Numbered from the stretch's first letter, positions 31,608 to 40,542 are shown. The stretch: DNA of 64,000 nt from Desulfobaccales bacterium (GCA_052326585.1 JBKQLU010000066.1:47167-111166); one strand, 5' to 3'. A program made the numbers and translations. The notes: generated from the sequence alone by a model not told the origin.

Positions 31608-32270
31608 TCAGACCCCATTCCCGCCGTCCCAGCCATATTTGCCGATAAGGCGCACGAAGCGGCAGCCCCCGTAATATTCGTACTTCAACCCCTCCGTGGT
31701 CTGGCGCACGCGGGTCAGGGTTTGGCTGAACCTGTCCCCCACCGGAATCACCAACCGTCCCCCCAGGGCCAGTTGCTCCACCAGGGGGCTGGGGACCCGC
31801 GGGGCCGCGGCGGTGACGATGATGCCGTCGAAGGGGGCCTCCTCCGGCCAGCCCAGGGTGCCATCCCCTACCCGGATGCGAATGTTCCGGTAACCCAGGG
31901 AGTCCAAGATCGATCGGGCGTGACCCGCCAGGCCGCCGATGCGGTCGATGCTGAAGACTGCCGCGGCCAACTCCGCCAGTATGGCCGCCTGGTAGCCGGA
32001 GCCGGTGCCCACCTCCAGGACCCGATCCGTCTCCTGAAGCTCCAGGATCTCGGTCATGAGGGCGACAATATACGGCTGAGAGATGGTCTGGTCTTCCCCG
32101 ATGGGCAGGGGGTAGTCAGCATAGGCCTGGCTCCAGAGGTGCTCAGGGATAAAGCGGTGCCGGGGCACCCGGCGCAACGCAGCCAGCACCCGGGGCCCGG
32201 CCACCCCCCGGGCCCGGATTTGCTCTGCCACCATCCGGTCCCGGGCCGCGGCAAATTGATCCTCGGCCAT
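31608..32270 (-). CDS. pcm: Protein-L-isoaspartate O-methyltransferase
   Basis: QTISQPY, LEVGTGSGYQAA, APFDGIIVTAAA and CRFVRL. Confidence 0.96.
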   Translation of the reverse strand: MAEDQFAAARDRMVAEQIRARGVAGPRVLAALRRVPRHRFIPEHLWSQAYADYPLPIGEDQTISQPYIVALMTEILELQETDRVLEVGTGSGYQAAILAELAAAVFSIDRIGGLAGHARSILDSLGYRNIRIRVGDGTLGWPEEAPFDGIIVTAAAPRVPSPLVEQLALGGRLVIPVGDRFSQTLTRVRQTTEGLKYEYYGGCRFVRLIGKYGWDGGNGV

Positions 32271-32481
32271 AAATATTCCTCTCAGGAAGAGCTTCCCGCA
32301 GCAAGGCGTAGCGGCCGGGTCCCTGAGATCCGGCCAGATCTTAAAGTAATAGGAGAAAGTTGGTTTTGGAAGGGGAAGCGCGAAAATTTTATTCCCGGGC
32401 GAAGAATTTTCGGCAACCGGGCAGACGCCGGTGGCCGCCGGGACGATGGATCGGAGGCTGATCCTTTGATATAATTCTTTT

Positions 32482-32688
32482 ATGGTAGCGATGGAGCACT
32501 GCCGTTTTCACCCGGACCGGGAGGCCTGGGTCCGGTGCCAGAAACATGAATTGGGATACTGCCGGGAGTGCTTGGACGCCTGCCGGGCCTGCACCGACCC
32601 CTGCCTCTACTGCAAGTTCCGCCCGGGCTGCGTCATCTGGGAGCTCTGCCGCAAAGAGGCTAAGAAACGCTGCCGGGAAGAGGGGTGA
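32482..32688 (+). CDS. Small Cys-rich (11 Cys) putative metal-binding protein with B-box-like N-terminus
   Basis: CRFHPDREA..CQKH..YCRECL..CTDPCLYCKFRPGC; AT-rich -10-like TATAAT just upstream. Confidence 0.75.
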   Translation: MVAMEHCRFHPDREAWVRCQKHELGYCRECLDACRACTDPCLYCKFRPGCVIWELCRKEAKKRCREEG

Positions 32689-32710
32689 TGCCCGGCCGGA
32701 CTGCGTCTTT

Positions 32711-34006
32711 TCACAGCTTCTTCTCCCAGCGGAGCAGATCGGTCACCTGGGCCAGGGTGCTGCCTGCCTTGATCTCCTCCCGGAGGCGATTCTCCTTTTC
32801 CAGGACATCCATGGACCGGTTGGCGTATTCCACCGCCAGGCTCCGAGGCAGGACCACCACCCCATCGTCATCCCCCACGACCCAGTCGCCGCTCTCCACC
32901 TTGACGCCCCCTACCCGGATGGGCACCCCGATCTCTCCGAAGCCCTTGGGCTCCCCGGCGTTGGGCATCACCAGGCGGGAGAAGGCCGGAAAACCCAGCT
33001 TGATGATGTCGCCCGAGTCTCTGATGGCGCCATCGATCACCACCCCGCTAAGTCCTCGCTGCAGGGCCGAAGTGGTAGCCAGTTCCCCCCAGATGGCAGG
33101 CCCCACCCCGCCGGCATCGATGACCACTACGTCTCCCGGCTGGGCCCGGTCGATGGCCTCCACCGGCTTGGCCCAATCCCCGGGATAGGTGCGCACCGTC
33201 AGGACCGGGCCCACCAGGCGGACCCCGGGAAAGAGGGGCCGCAGCCCCTCCAGAACCCCGCTCCGGTGCAGGGCGTCAGAGAGATTGGAGGCGGAGATCA
33301 ACTCCAGCACTCCCCGGATCTCCTCCTCCCCCACCCGCTTGAACAGGGTGGTGGGAATCACCACACCCTCATCCAGGGCCCGGCGGATATCCCGGGTGGC
33401 CGCGGCCGGGTCCATGGCCTTGGTGATGGCGCCCCCCACGATGACGTAGCCGGCCCCGTGGGCCACCGCCTGGGCCGCGGTCTCGGAGTTGATGCCCCCG
33501 GCCACTCCCACCGGCACCCGCACCGCCCCGCTGATGGCGGCCAACAGCGCAAAGGGGTCTTGTCCCCCGCCCCGCATCTGTTCGTCAATGGCCAGGTGCA
33601 CTGAGATGTAGTCCGCCCCCAGTTCCGCCACCTGGCGGGCCCGGGCCAGCGGATCGGCTACCGCGATGAGGTCCACCGCGATCTTGGCCCCGTAATTCTT
33701 GCCGGCCTGGATACACTCGGCAATGGTGGCATCGGTGGCGGTCCCCAACACGTCGATGATCTGGGCCCCGGCCTTGGCCGCGGTCTCCACCTCCACCCGC
33801 CCGGCATCCATGATCTTCATGTCCGCCACGATGACTTTGCCGGGGAAGAGGCGCCGCAGCTCCCGCACGGCATCGAGGCCTTCGCTCTTGATCAAGGGGG
33901 TGCCGGCCTCCACCCAATCTACCCCGGCGGGCACGGCCACCTCCGCCACCTGCACCGCACGGTGCAGGTCCACAAAATCGAGAGCCAGTTGCAATATGGG
34001 AGCCAT
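32711..34006 (-). CDS. Bifunctional 3-hexulose-6-phosphate synthase / RraA(MenG)-like protein
   Basis: N-terminal HPS motifs LQLALD, EAGTPLIKSEG, ADMKIMDAG, AGGI; C-terminal RraA motifs NLSDAL, WGELA, DGAIRD, GDDDGVVV. Confidence 0.92.
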   Translation of the reverse strand: MAPILQLALDFVDLHRAVQVAEVAVPAGVDWVEAGTPLIKSEGLDAVRELRRLFPGKVIVADMKIMDAGRVEVETAAKAGAQIIDVLGTATDATIAECIQAGKNYGAKIAVDLIAVADPLARARQVAELGADYISVHLAIDEQMRGGGQDPFALLAAISGAVRVPVGVAGGINSETAAQAVAHGAGYVIVGGAITKAMDPAAATRDIRRALDEGVVIPTTLFKRVGEEEIRGVLELISASNLSDALHRSGVLEGLRPLFPGVRLVGPVLTVRTYPGDWAKPVEAIDRAQPGDVVVIDAGGVGPAIWGELATTSALQRGLSGVVIDGAIRDSGDIIKLGFPAFSRLVMPNAGEPKGFGEIGVPIRVGGVKVESGDWVVGDDDGVVVLPRSLAVEYANRSMDVLEKENRLREEIKAGSTLAQVTDLLRWEKKL

Positions 34007-34123
34007 AGGTAAGTTCCTCAGGGGATAGGGATTAGATAAGTTTATTTTAATTTGGACGATTTATTCAGGGAAGTATAGAAGTCGGCGGCATGCCGCGTCT
34101 GGCGCCTCAGCCCGAAAACTTCT

Positions 34124-34750
34124 CTACTCCAAATCGGCGTGGCGGTCCAGGATTTCTCTGTAGTCGTGGCCGGAGCGCCTCCGGTAAAGGAGGAGGACCA
34201 CCGCCTCCAGGAACATAAAGGCGGCCTGTTCGAAGAGGCTGCCAGGGCATTGCACCGAGGCGGTCTCCTGGGTCCGGGCCAGCTTGGTGGTGCCGGGGAT
34301 GCTGATGACCACCTGGGCTTCCCGGCCGATGGTGGAGTCGCTATGCGCGGTGAGACCCAGGGTGCGGGCCCCGACGGTATTGGCCCGGCGCTCCATCTCC
34401 CGGGGCTGGGCCGTCTCCCCGGAACCGGACATCACCACCAGCAAGTCACCTGGGCGGATGCGGGGGGTGGTGGTCTCGCCTACGAAATAGACGGCATACC
34501 CCAGGTGCATCAGCCGCATCAAGAAGCCCCGGAGAATAAAGCCGGAGCGGCCGCTGGCGCACCCGAAGATGCGGGGCGCGGCTTGAATCTCCCGGATCAG
34601 GGTCTCGGGCATCTCCGGAGTAATCTGGGCCAGCACGCCGCCCAACTCCTGGTGCATCTGCTCCAGGGCCACGGAAAATTTCAGGGTCTCTTGAGATTTG
34701 GACAAAAAAGCCTCCCGCGGCTGTCCCGGAAGGCAATCTATCTTGTCCAT
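34124..34750 (-). CDS. hxlB: 6-phospho-3-hexuloisomerase (PHI, SIS domain)
   Basis: GRSG, MRLMHLG..VGETTTP, SGSGET, GSLFEQ and C-terminal HADLE. Confidence 0.92.
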   Translation of the reverse strand: MDKIDCLPGQPREAFLSKSQETLKFSVALEQMHQELGGVLAQITPEMPETLIREIQAAPRIFGCASGRSGFILRGFLMRLMHLGYAVYFVGETTTPRIRPGDLLVVMSGSGETAQPREMERRANTVGARTLGLTAHSDSTIGREAQVVISIPGTTKLARTQETASVQCPGSLFEQAAFMFLEAVVLLLYRRRSGHDYREILDRHADLE

Positions 34751-34939
34751 ACATTCCCTCCTTTAAGTCCCGGTCCACTGCTTGCGGATCCAGGCCGCGA
34801 GGAATCTAGAGCAAAATTATCACAGACTGGCAAAAATTACCAGGAATCTCCCCGGGTTCCTCAGATTTGCCTGATTTTTCCAAGATGCGGGCGGGAAACA
34901 TGGGCCGGGGGGTCTCTGATATGTGCTCAACCGGCTCCT

Positions 34940-36202
34940 TCAGTCTTCAAATTTCTCATCGAAGACCTTCATGGCGCAGAAGCGACCGCACATGGTGCAC
35001 TGGTCTTCCCGGGCCTGGCTCAGTTCCCGGTAGCGCCTGGCCTTGGGGGGATTGACCGAGAGTTGAATCTGCGTGTCCCAATCCAGGGCCCGGCGGGCCT
35101 TGGACATGGCCAGGTCCCAGGCGGCGGCGCCGGGCCGGCCCAGGGCGATATCCGCGGCGTGGGCCGCGATGCGGGAGGCCACCACCCCGTCGATGACGTC
35201 CTCCACCTCCGGCAGTTTCAAGTGTTCCGCCGGAGTGACGTAACACAGAAAGGACGCGCCCAGGGTGGCGGCCAGGGCCCCGCCGATGGCCCCGGAGATG
35301 TGGTCATAGCCCGAGGCCACGTCGGTGACCAGGGGCCCCAGGACGTAAAAGGGGGCCTGACTGCAATATTTCTGCTGCAGGCGGACGTTTTTGCGGATGG
35401 CGTTCAAGGGTAGATGCCCCGGGCCTTCCACCATCACCTGGACCCCCTTGGCCCAGGCCCGATGAGTGAGTTCACCCAGAACCTTCAGTTCGTGGAGTTG
35501 GGCCCGATCGGTGGCGTCGGCCAGGCATCCGGGCCGCAGCCCGTCCCCCAGGGAGAGGGTGAGATCGTGCCTCTGGGCAATCTCCAGCAGTTCGTCATAG
35601 CGCTCATATAAAGGGTTTTCCCGGCCGGAACGCCGCATCCAGGCAGTGAGGAAGGCCCCACCCCGGGAAACCACCCCGGTGACCCGCCGGGCTAAAAGCG
35701 GCAGGGCGCCCCGGGTGACGCCACAGTGTACCGTGACGAAGTCCACTCCCTGGCGGCCGTGGTGGCGCACCATCTCCAGGAGGTCATCACCCCGGACTTC
35801 TTCCAGGCTCTTGGCCTGGCTCATGATCTGATAGATGGGCACGGTGCCGAAGGGCGCCGGGCATTGGGCCAAGAGGGCGGTGCGGATATCGTCCAGGCTG
35901 CCGCCGGTGGACAGGTCCATGACCGCGTCCGCCCCGAACTCCAGGGCCGCGGCCAGCTTGGCCTGCTCCTTTTCCAGGTCGCAGTCGTGGGGGGAAGTGC
36001 CGATATTGGCGTTGATCTTGACTCGCACCCCCTGGCCGATGGCCAGCGGCTCCAGCCCCAAATGCCCGGGATTGGCAGGCACCACCAGGGTGCCCTGAGC
36101 CAGACCCTGGCGAATCACCTCCGGAGCCAATCCTTCCCGCCCGGCCGCCTGCTCCATGGCCGGAGTGATCTTCCCTGCTAAGGCCGCCTCACGCTGAGTC
36201 AT
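34940..36202 (-). CDS. thiC: Phosphomethylpyrimidine synthase ThiC (or ThiC-family paralog)
   Basis: KINANIGTS, MDLSTGG, SLGDGLRPG, EGPGH, YVTPAEHL and C-terminal CTMCGRFC. Confidence 0.88.
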   Translation of the reverse strand: MTQREAALAGKITPAMEQAAGREGLAPEVIRQGLAQGTLVVPANPGHLGLEPLAIGQGVRVKINANIGTSPHDCDLEKEQAKLAAALEFGADAVMDLSTGGSLDDIRTALLAQCPAPFGTVPIYQIMSQAKSLEEVRGDDLLEMVRHHGRQGVDFVTVHCGVTRGALPLLARRVTGVVSRGGAFLTAWMRRSGRENPLYERYDELLEIAQRHDLTLSLGDGLRPGCLADATDRAQLHELKVLGELTHRAWAKGVQVMVEGPGHLPLNAIRKNVRLQQKYCSQAPFYVLGPLVTDVASGYDHISGAIGGALAATLGASFLCYVTPAEHLKLPEVEDVIDGVVASRIAAHAADIALGRPGAAAWDLAMSKARRALDWDTQIQLSVNPPKARRYRELSQAREDQCTMCGRFCAMKVFDEKFED

Positions 36203-36314
36203 AAGAAAATATTATCTTAATGCGGGGAAAAAAGGAAGGGATAGAGGAAGCGGCCGCGGGGGCAAGCATTTAGTATCGTGCTGCAGAAATATCTCCAAAA
36301 TATGTGGGGTTTAT

Positions 36315-36380
36315 GTAGCCGCAGGCTTTAGCCTGCGCTCTCGTTTTCCAATTATTTCGCAAGCTAAAGCTTGCGGCTAC
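36315..36380. repeat. Inverted pair of GTAG-type REP elements
   Basis: GTAGCCGCAGGCTTTAGCCTGCG (36315-36337) and CGCAAGCTAAAGCTTGCGGCTAC (36358-36380). Confidence 0.85.
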
Positions 36381-36445
36381 ATTTCAAACGCCTACCTGCA
36401 GAAAAATGGAACGGGCTGGAGGGAAGGGCATGGAAAACAAGAAAT

Positions 36446-36516
36446 TAAGGCGGCGGGCGCAGCCCGCCCTATGAGTGGGATGGAGATAGGATATTATAGG
36501 GCGGCCTGTGGCCGCC
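36446..36516. repeat. Inverted REP pair, second copy of the 7046-7116 element
   Basis: TAAGGCGGCGGGCGCAGCCCGCCCTA-N24-ATAGGGCGGCCTGTGGCCGCC. Confidence 0.85.
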
Positions 36517-36523
36517 AACTACC

Positions 36524-37144
36524 TCATTCCTCCTCAAAGAGAAGGTTGGCCAGGGCCGGCCAGTCCGCCACTTCCAAAAATGGATGGGGCAGGCGGTTCC
36601 AGGGCTGGGCGAAGAGGATGGGAGTGATCCCGTGGTCGGACAAAAGCAGGCAGGTTTCCAGGCGATCCTCCACAAAGAACCGGACCTTCTGTTCCTGGAG
36701 GTAATGGAGTTTGCGGTCGGGATCACCGGTGGCCACTACCCGGATATCTTGCGGCGCCACCTGAGGTAGGGTGCTCTGCAGCCAGGTCAGAATGGGCCCG
36801 GCCCGGTCCCGGGCGGTCACGAACAACAGGGGCGTCTCCCGGGCCAGGCGGGTGAGGACCGCCGCGGCCTGGGGAAAGGGCTCCACCGCCAGTTGCTGGG
36901 GACGGTCGATGAGTTCCCGGATCAATTCCGCAATGATCCGGGGCTCCAGATCGAGACAGTCCTCCAGGGAAAAGGTGGTGAGGTCCTCGTAGCGCAGATG
37001 ATGGCCGCAGTCGTAGCGCTCCCGGACCAGGGTGAGGAAGGTGGTCATGATGTCGGCCACCACGCCGTCGATGTCGAAGGCCAGGGAGTCTCGGGAGATA
37101 TAAGGCAGCTTACTGGAATTGATACAATTACTATCTTGCTTCAT
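36524..37144 (-). CDS. HAD-superfamily 5'(3')-nucleotidase-like protein
   Basis: FDIDGVVAD, FVTAR, FVEDR and PWNR motifs. Confidence 0.85.
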   Translation of the reverse strand: MKQDSNCINSSKLPYISRDSLAFDIDGVVADIMTTFLTLVRERYDCGHHLRYEDLTTFSLEDCLDLEPRIIAELIRELIDRPQQLAVEPFPQAAAVLTRLARETPLLFVTARDRAGPILTWLQSTLPQVAPQDIRVVATGDPDRKLHYLQEQKVRFFVEDRLETCLLLSDHGITPILFAQPWNRLPHPFLEVADWPALANLLFEEE

Positions 37145-37156
37145 ATCTACTTTGAC

Positions 37157-37194
37157 GAGATTCTTCGGTCGCCTGCGGCTCCCTCAGAATGACA
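37157..37194. repeat. Short palindromic element of the TGTCATTCTGAG...GAAGAATCTC type
   Basis: GAGATTCTTCGGTCGCCTGCGGCTCCCTCAGAATGACA, imperfect hairpin; single copy in this window. Confidence 0.55.
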
Positions 37195-37261
37195 AAAAAA
37201 ATGACTTCGCTTCAGCTCCGGGCAATTAAAACCAACAGCCTTACCCCTAAATCCCATTTAT

Positions 37262-37948
37262 TTATGCTTCCAATTTCAAGGAGGCCATAATTTCCAGCAC
37301 TTCCTCGTCATCCAGATCATACCAGTTCACATAGGCGTCGGCCACCGCGAAAGACCAGCCGCTCCTGACGTTGAGGCAGAGGAGTTCGTCCACTTCGGGC
37401 AGGAGGTCAGCCACGGTGCGCTCCGCGGCGGTGGGCACCGCCACCAGGATCTTGCCGGCGCCCCGGCGCTTCAGAAATTGGACCGCGGCCCGCATGGTAA
37501 AGCCCGAGGCCAGGCCGTCGTCGACGATGAGGGCCGACTCTTCCGCCAGCTCCGGGTAAGGCCGGCCGCCCCGCAGCCTCTCTTCCCGCCGGCGGCTGAC
37601 CGCGGCGGCCTTGGCCATCTGGGTGGCGATCTCCTCCTGGGTCAAGGGCTGCCGCCGCAGCAGCTCCTCATTGAAGATGGCTGCCCCCTCGGGGTCCAGG
37701 GCCCCGAAACCGGCCTCAGTGGTCCAGGGGAGCTGGATCTTGCGCACTATAAGCAGGTCCAGAGGCAGGGCCAGGCCCCGGGCGATCTCCGCGGCCACCG
37801 GCACGCCGCCGGCGGGAATGGCAAACAGGTGCAGCTTCCGGCCATGCTGCACCAGGAGGCGCGCCAGCAGGAGCCGGCCGGCGTCGGCCCGGTCCTTAAA
37901 GACCCGGAGGCGATCTCTTAAATGGAGATCTTCAGTGAGTCTGCCCAT
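37262..37948 (-). CDS. Type I phosphoribosyltransferase family protein
   Basis: FKDRADAG, IPAGGVPVA and PRPP loop IVDDGLASGFT. Confidence 0.9.
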   Translation of the reverse strand: MGRLTEDLHLRDRLRVFKDRADAGRLLLARLLVQHGRKLHLFAIPAGGVPVAAEIARGLALPLDLLIVRKIQLPWTTEAGFGALDPEGAAIFNEELLRRQPLTQEEIATQMAKAAAVSRRREERLRGGRPYPELAEESALIVDDGLASGFTMRAAVQFLKRRGAGKILVAVPTAAERTVADLLPEVDELLCLNVRSGWSFAVADAYVNWYDLDDEEVLEIMASLKLEA

Positions 37949-38703
37949 GGTCGGCAAAATTCCTCGGCCAGGGCGGCCACTCGCCGGAGAAACTCCGCCT
38001 GGCTGAGGCGGGCGCCGGTGAGGCCTCCCCTGAGGTTGATTTCCGAAAGATAGGTTGCGCCGTCCGGACCGACCAGGAGGTCCAGGATGGCGTAAGGAAA
38101 TTTACCCCGGGCCATGATCCGGCGGCAGAAAAGCAGATGGCTCGGGACCAGCGCCGCCGGCTGCGAGGTGCCGCCTTGATAGAGATTTTTGCGGAAGCTG
38201 TGGAGGTTGACCCGCTCATAGGCTTCGGCATAGTCTCCCGCCACCACCACCCGCAAATCCCTGGCCCCTTCCAATAGGGGCTGCACCACCAGGGGATAGG
38301 GCAACGGCTGGAGCCCCGCCAGGCTATAGAGGGACTCCAGGGAGGGCCAGCAGCCCACTCCCAGCCCCAGGTGGCCCCGGTCCCGCTTACTGACCACCGC
38401 ACCTGCGTGCCGGCTGGCAAACCCGGAGAGATTGGCGGCCAGATCGGCGAGCCCGTAGGCCACGAAGGTGCCGGGCCCCATGAACTCCCCCAGCGCCTCT
38501 GCCTGGGCAGCCTTGGAGCGCGCCAGCAGTTGGGCCAGGGCCGGGGGGAACAGGGCCACTCCCCGCTCCGCCAGGTCCAGCAGTTTGAATTCCTCGCCGG
38601 GCCGCAGGGCCAGCGGCCCGAGCACCGCGTCTCCGGCGCGCAAGTCAGGATAACTGGCGCGAAATTCGACAATGCTCCGGATCAGCCGCGGGGCTCGCTC
38701 CAT
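37918..38703 (-). CDS. ATP-grasp (RimK-like) ligase family protein
   Basis: SKAAQ, VVQP, DLRVVVAG, FRKNLYQGG and ILDLL..YLSEIN. Confidence 0.8.
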   Translation of the reverse strand: MERAPRLIRSIVEFRASYPDLRAGDAVLGPLALRPGEEFKLLDLAERGVALFPPALAQLLARSKAAQAEALGEFMGPGTFVAYGLADLAANLSGFASRHAGAVVSKRDRGHLGLGVGCWPSLESLYSLAGLQPLPYPLVVQPLLEGARDLRVVVAGDYAEAYERVNLHSFRKNLYQGGTSQPAALVPSHLLFCRRIMARGKFPYAILDLLVGPDGATYLSEINLRGGLTGARLSQAEFLRRVAALAEEFCRPWADSLKISI

Positions 38704-38837
38704 TTTTCTTTAAGGGTGCTTCTGGGCAGTAGGGTTGGGCAACAAAATTGCATGGAGAAGATTACACTAGCTACCGGTAAAACCCTATGACATGGTAATT
38801 TCAGCTAAATCCACATATTATACCGATGCTTAATGTG

Positions 38838-38896
38838 TGCGCCCCTTACGAAGCGTGGGCAACGTAAGGGAGGTCGGACACATCGGTCCGCCCCTA
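38838..38896. repeat. Degenerate REP-like palindromes
   Basis: GCGCCCCTTACG...CGTAAGGGAGGTCGGACACATCGGTCCGCCCCTA. Confidence 0.5.
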
Positions 38897-38931
38897 TGGT
38901 GAAACCCGCGGCTGCCGATCTCAAGAACCAG

Positions 38932-38964
38932 AAAAGAAGCCTGCCCCATTATAGGGCAGGCTTC
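38932..38964 (-). terminator. Intrinsic terminator after the U32 gene
   Basis: 11-bp stem GAAGCCTGCCC/GGGCAGGCTTC, 7-nt loop, TTTT tail on the minus strand. Confidence 0.75.
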
Positions 38965-39008
38965 CCCATGAAATAAACTATAATTTCCAGGCCGGTTGAC
39001 CTGGTTGA

Positions 39009-40037
39009 TTACAGGCCGGCAATATTCTTGTGCAGTTCCCTGGTCTTTTCCAGACGGGCCCGATCCCGCTTGGCCACCAGGGCCGCCAGGCGGTCCTGGA
39101 TGCGCTGGTAAAAGGTGGCGTTGATGTCTTCCCCCCGGGCGTGGGCATTGATGAGTTGGCGGTAGCAGCAGATCATCTTGGAGATCATGGATACGGCGTA
39201 CTCCCGCCCCTGGACCTTGACGGTGGCCAGCCCCAGGTCGAGATAAGCCTTCAATTCTTCTCCAAGAATGGCGAAGGCCACGTTGGGCTGTTCCCGGACG
39301 CGGTCGTTGATGGCTTCGATCTTCTCCGGCGGCTGCCCCCGCCGGGCGAGGACCTGGCGCCGCTTCTCTTCGCTTAAGAGGCAGAGCCGGAAACAACTGC
39401 CGCTGCGGTCCGGCCAGCCTTCGTATTCCACGATCTCGTTGCCGTCTTCGTCGCGGTAGACCTTGCGGACATAGGAGTCCGCAATGAGTTCGTGAAACAG
39501 GCAATTGCCCACCCCGCCGATGCAGCGGTTGCCGTGGATCAGCACCTCGGTCTTTAACCCCAGTTCGTCCGCCTCTTGCTTGAACCGGGTCAGCTTCGCC
39601 ACCGTATTGATCTCGGTGGAGGCCACCAATTGGCTGGCGCCGCAAGATTTAAAGCGCGCCATCTCCTCCTGGGCCTGGATATTGCAGCCGACGCTGGCGT
39701 GGATGACCAGTTGCGGAAACTGCCGCTGCACCGCCCGCATCACCGCCGGGGTCTTGACGATCACCCCTTCGATACCGTAGTCGGCATACTTGCCCACTTT
39801 TGCCATCAGCAGGGGAATCTTCTCCGGTGGGATTTCGGCGTTTAACGCCACCCGCACCTTTCCCTGGTAGTCGGCGGCAATGCGCACCACCTCAGCGATG
39901 CCGGTATCTTCCAACTCCCATTGGCACTTGCGGCGGCTGAAACCCTTGGCCCCCACGTACACGACGTTGGCGCCGTTCTTAAAGACTCCTTGCACCATTT
40001 CCAGGCTGCCGCCTGGGGCCAACAGTTCGTTAATCAT
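39009..40037 (-). CDS. Peptidase U32 family Fe-S protein (O2-independent hydroxylase family: TrhP/RlhA/UbiU-like)
   Basis: [35 protein letters not shown] and KVQGR; GGAG-rich RBS before MINELL at 40037. Confidence 0.85.
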   Translation of the reverse strand: MINELLAPGGSLEMVQGVFKNGANVVYVGAKGFSRRKCQWELEDTGIAEVVRIAADYQGKVRVALNAEIPPEKIPLLMAKVGKYADYGIEGVIVKTPAVMRAVQRQFPQLVIHASVGCNIQAQEEMARFKSCGASQLVASTEINTVAKLTRFKQEADELGLKTEVLIHGNRCIGGVGNCLFHELIADSYVRKVYRDEDGNEIVEYEGWPDRSGSCFRLCLLSEEKRRQVLARRGQPPEKIEAINDRVREQPNVAFAILGEELKAYLDLGLATVKVQGREYAVSMISKMICCYRQLINAHARGEDINATFYQRIQDRLAALVAKRDRARLEKTRELHKNIAGL

Positions 40038-40283
40038 CGCTCCCACACCTCCCCGAGCCTCGGCCAAAAGGTTCCTAGGCTCTGCGACACCTTCAAACGC
40101 CGGTGCCTCTGGTAACCCCCAGGAAACGGTGGGTTCCTGCGCCGCGCCTAAACCCGCCGGCCACTCGAACATTCCACATGCGGGCGGGATTTCTCCTAAA
40201 TTTAAATATAAGTCTGTTAAAGATTAATTTCAATTATTATTGTTAAAAATCTTAGGCTATTTTAACGATAGCCAATCTGCCGC

Positions 40284-40451
40284 TCAGCCCCGCAGATAGG
40301 CAATGGCCAGGGTGAAGCAGAGCCCGATTTCCACCGCCCAGCTAAGCAGGTAAATTAACCGTTCCAGGCCGGAACCATAATCTTCCTCCTGGAGAATGCG
40401 GTTCGGTTCCCGGAGGATATCCCAGGAGCTGATCTCTTTGTCGGCGGTCAT
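40284..40451 (-). CDS. Small putative membrane protein (55 aa), absent from the ORF track
   Basis: AAAGGAG RBS; MTADKEISSWDILREPNRILQEEDYGSGLERLIYLLSWAVEIGLCFTLAIAYLRG*, with a C-terminal hydrophobic helix. Confidence 0.65.
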   Translation of the reverse strand: MTADKEISSWDILREPNRILQEEDYGSGLERLIYLLSWAVEIGLCFTLAIAYLRG

Positions 40452-40542
40452 GATGAGCTATCTCCTTTCAGAAAAATTTAGTCCGGCGCCGCCTGAGGGC
40501 GCTCCCCGGAAAATCGGGCCTGAAGTTCTCTCCAGACACCGC

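Noticed and set aside
38738-38753. Sigma54-like motif (GGCAAC-AAAA-TTGCA) on the plus strand
   Set aside because: It points into a REP/terminator gap with no plus-strand gene downstream; probably chance.
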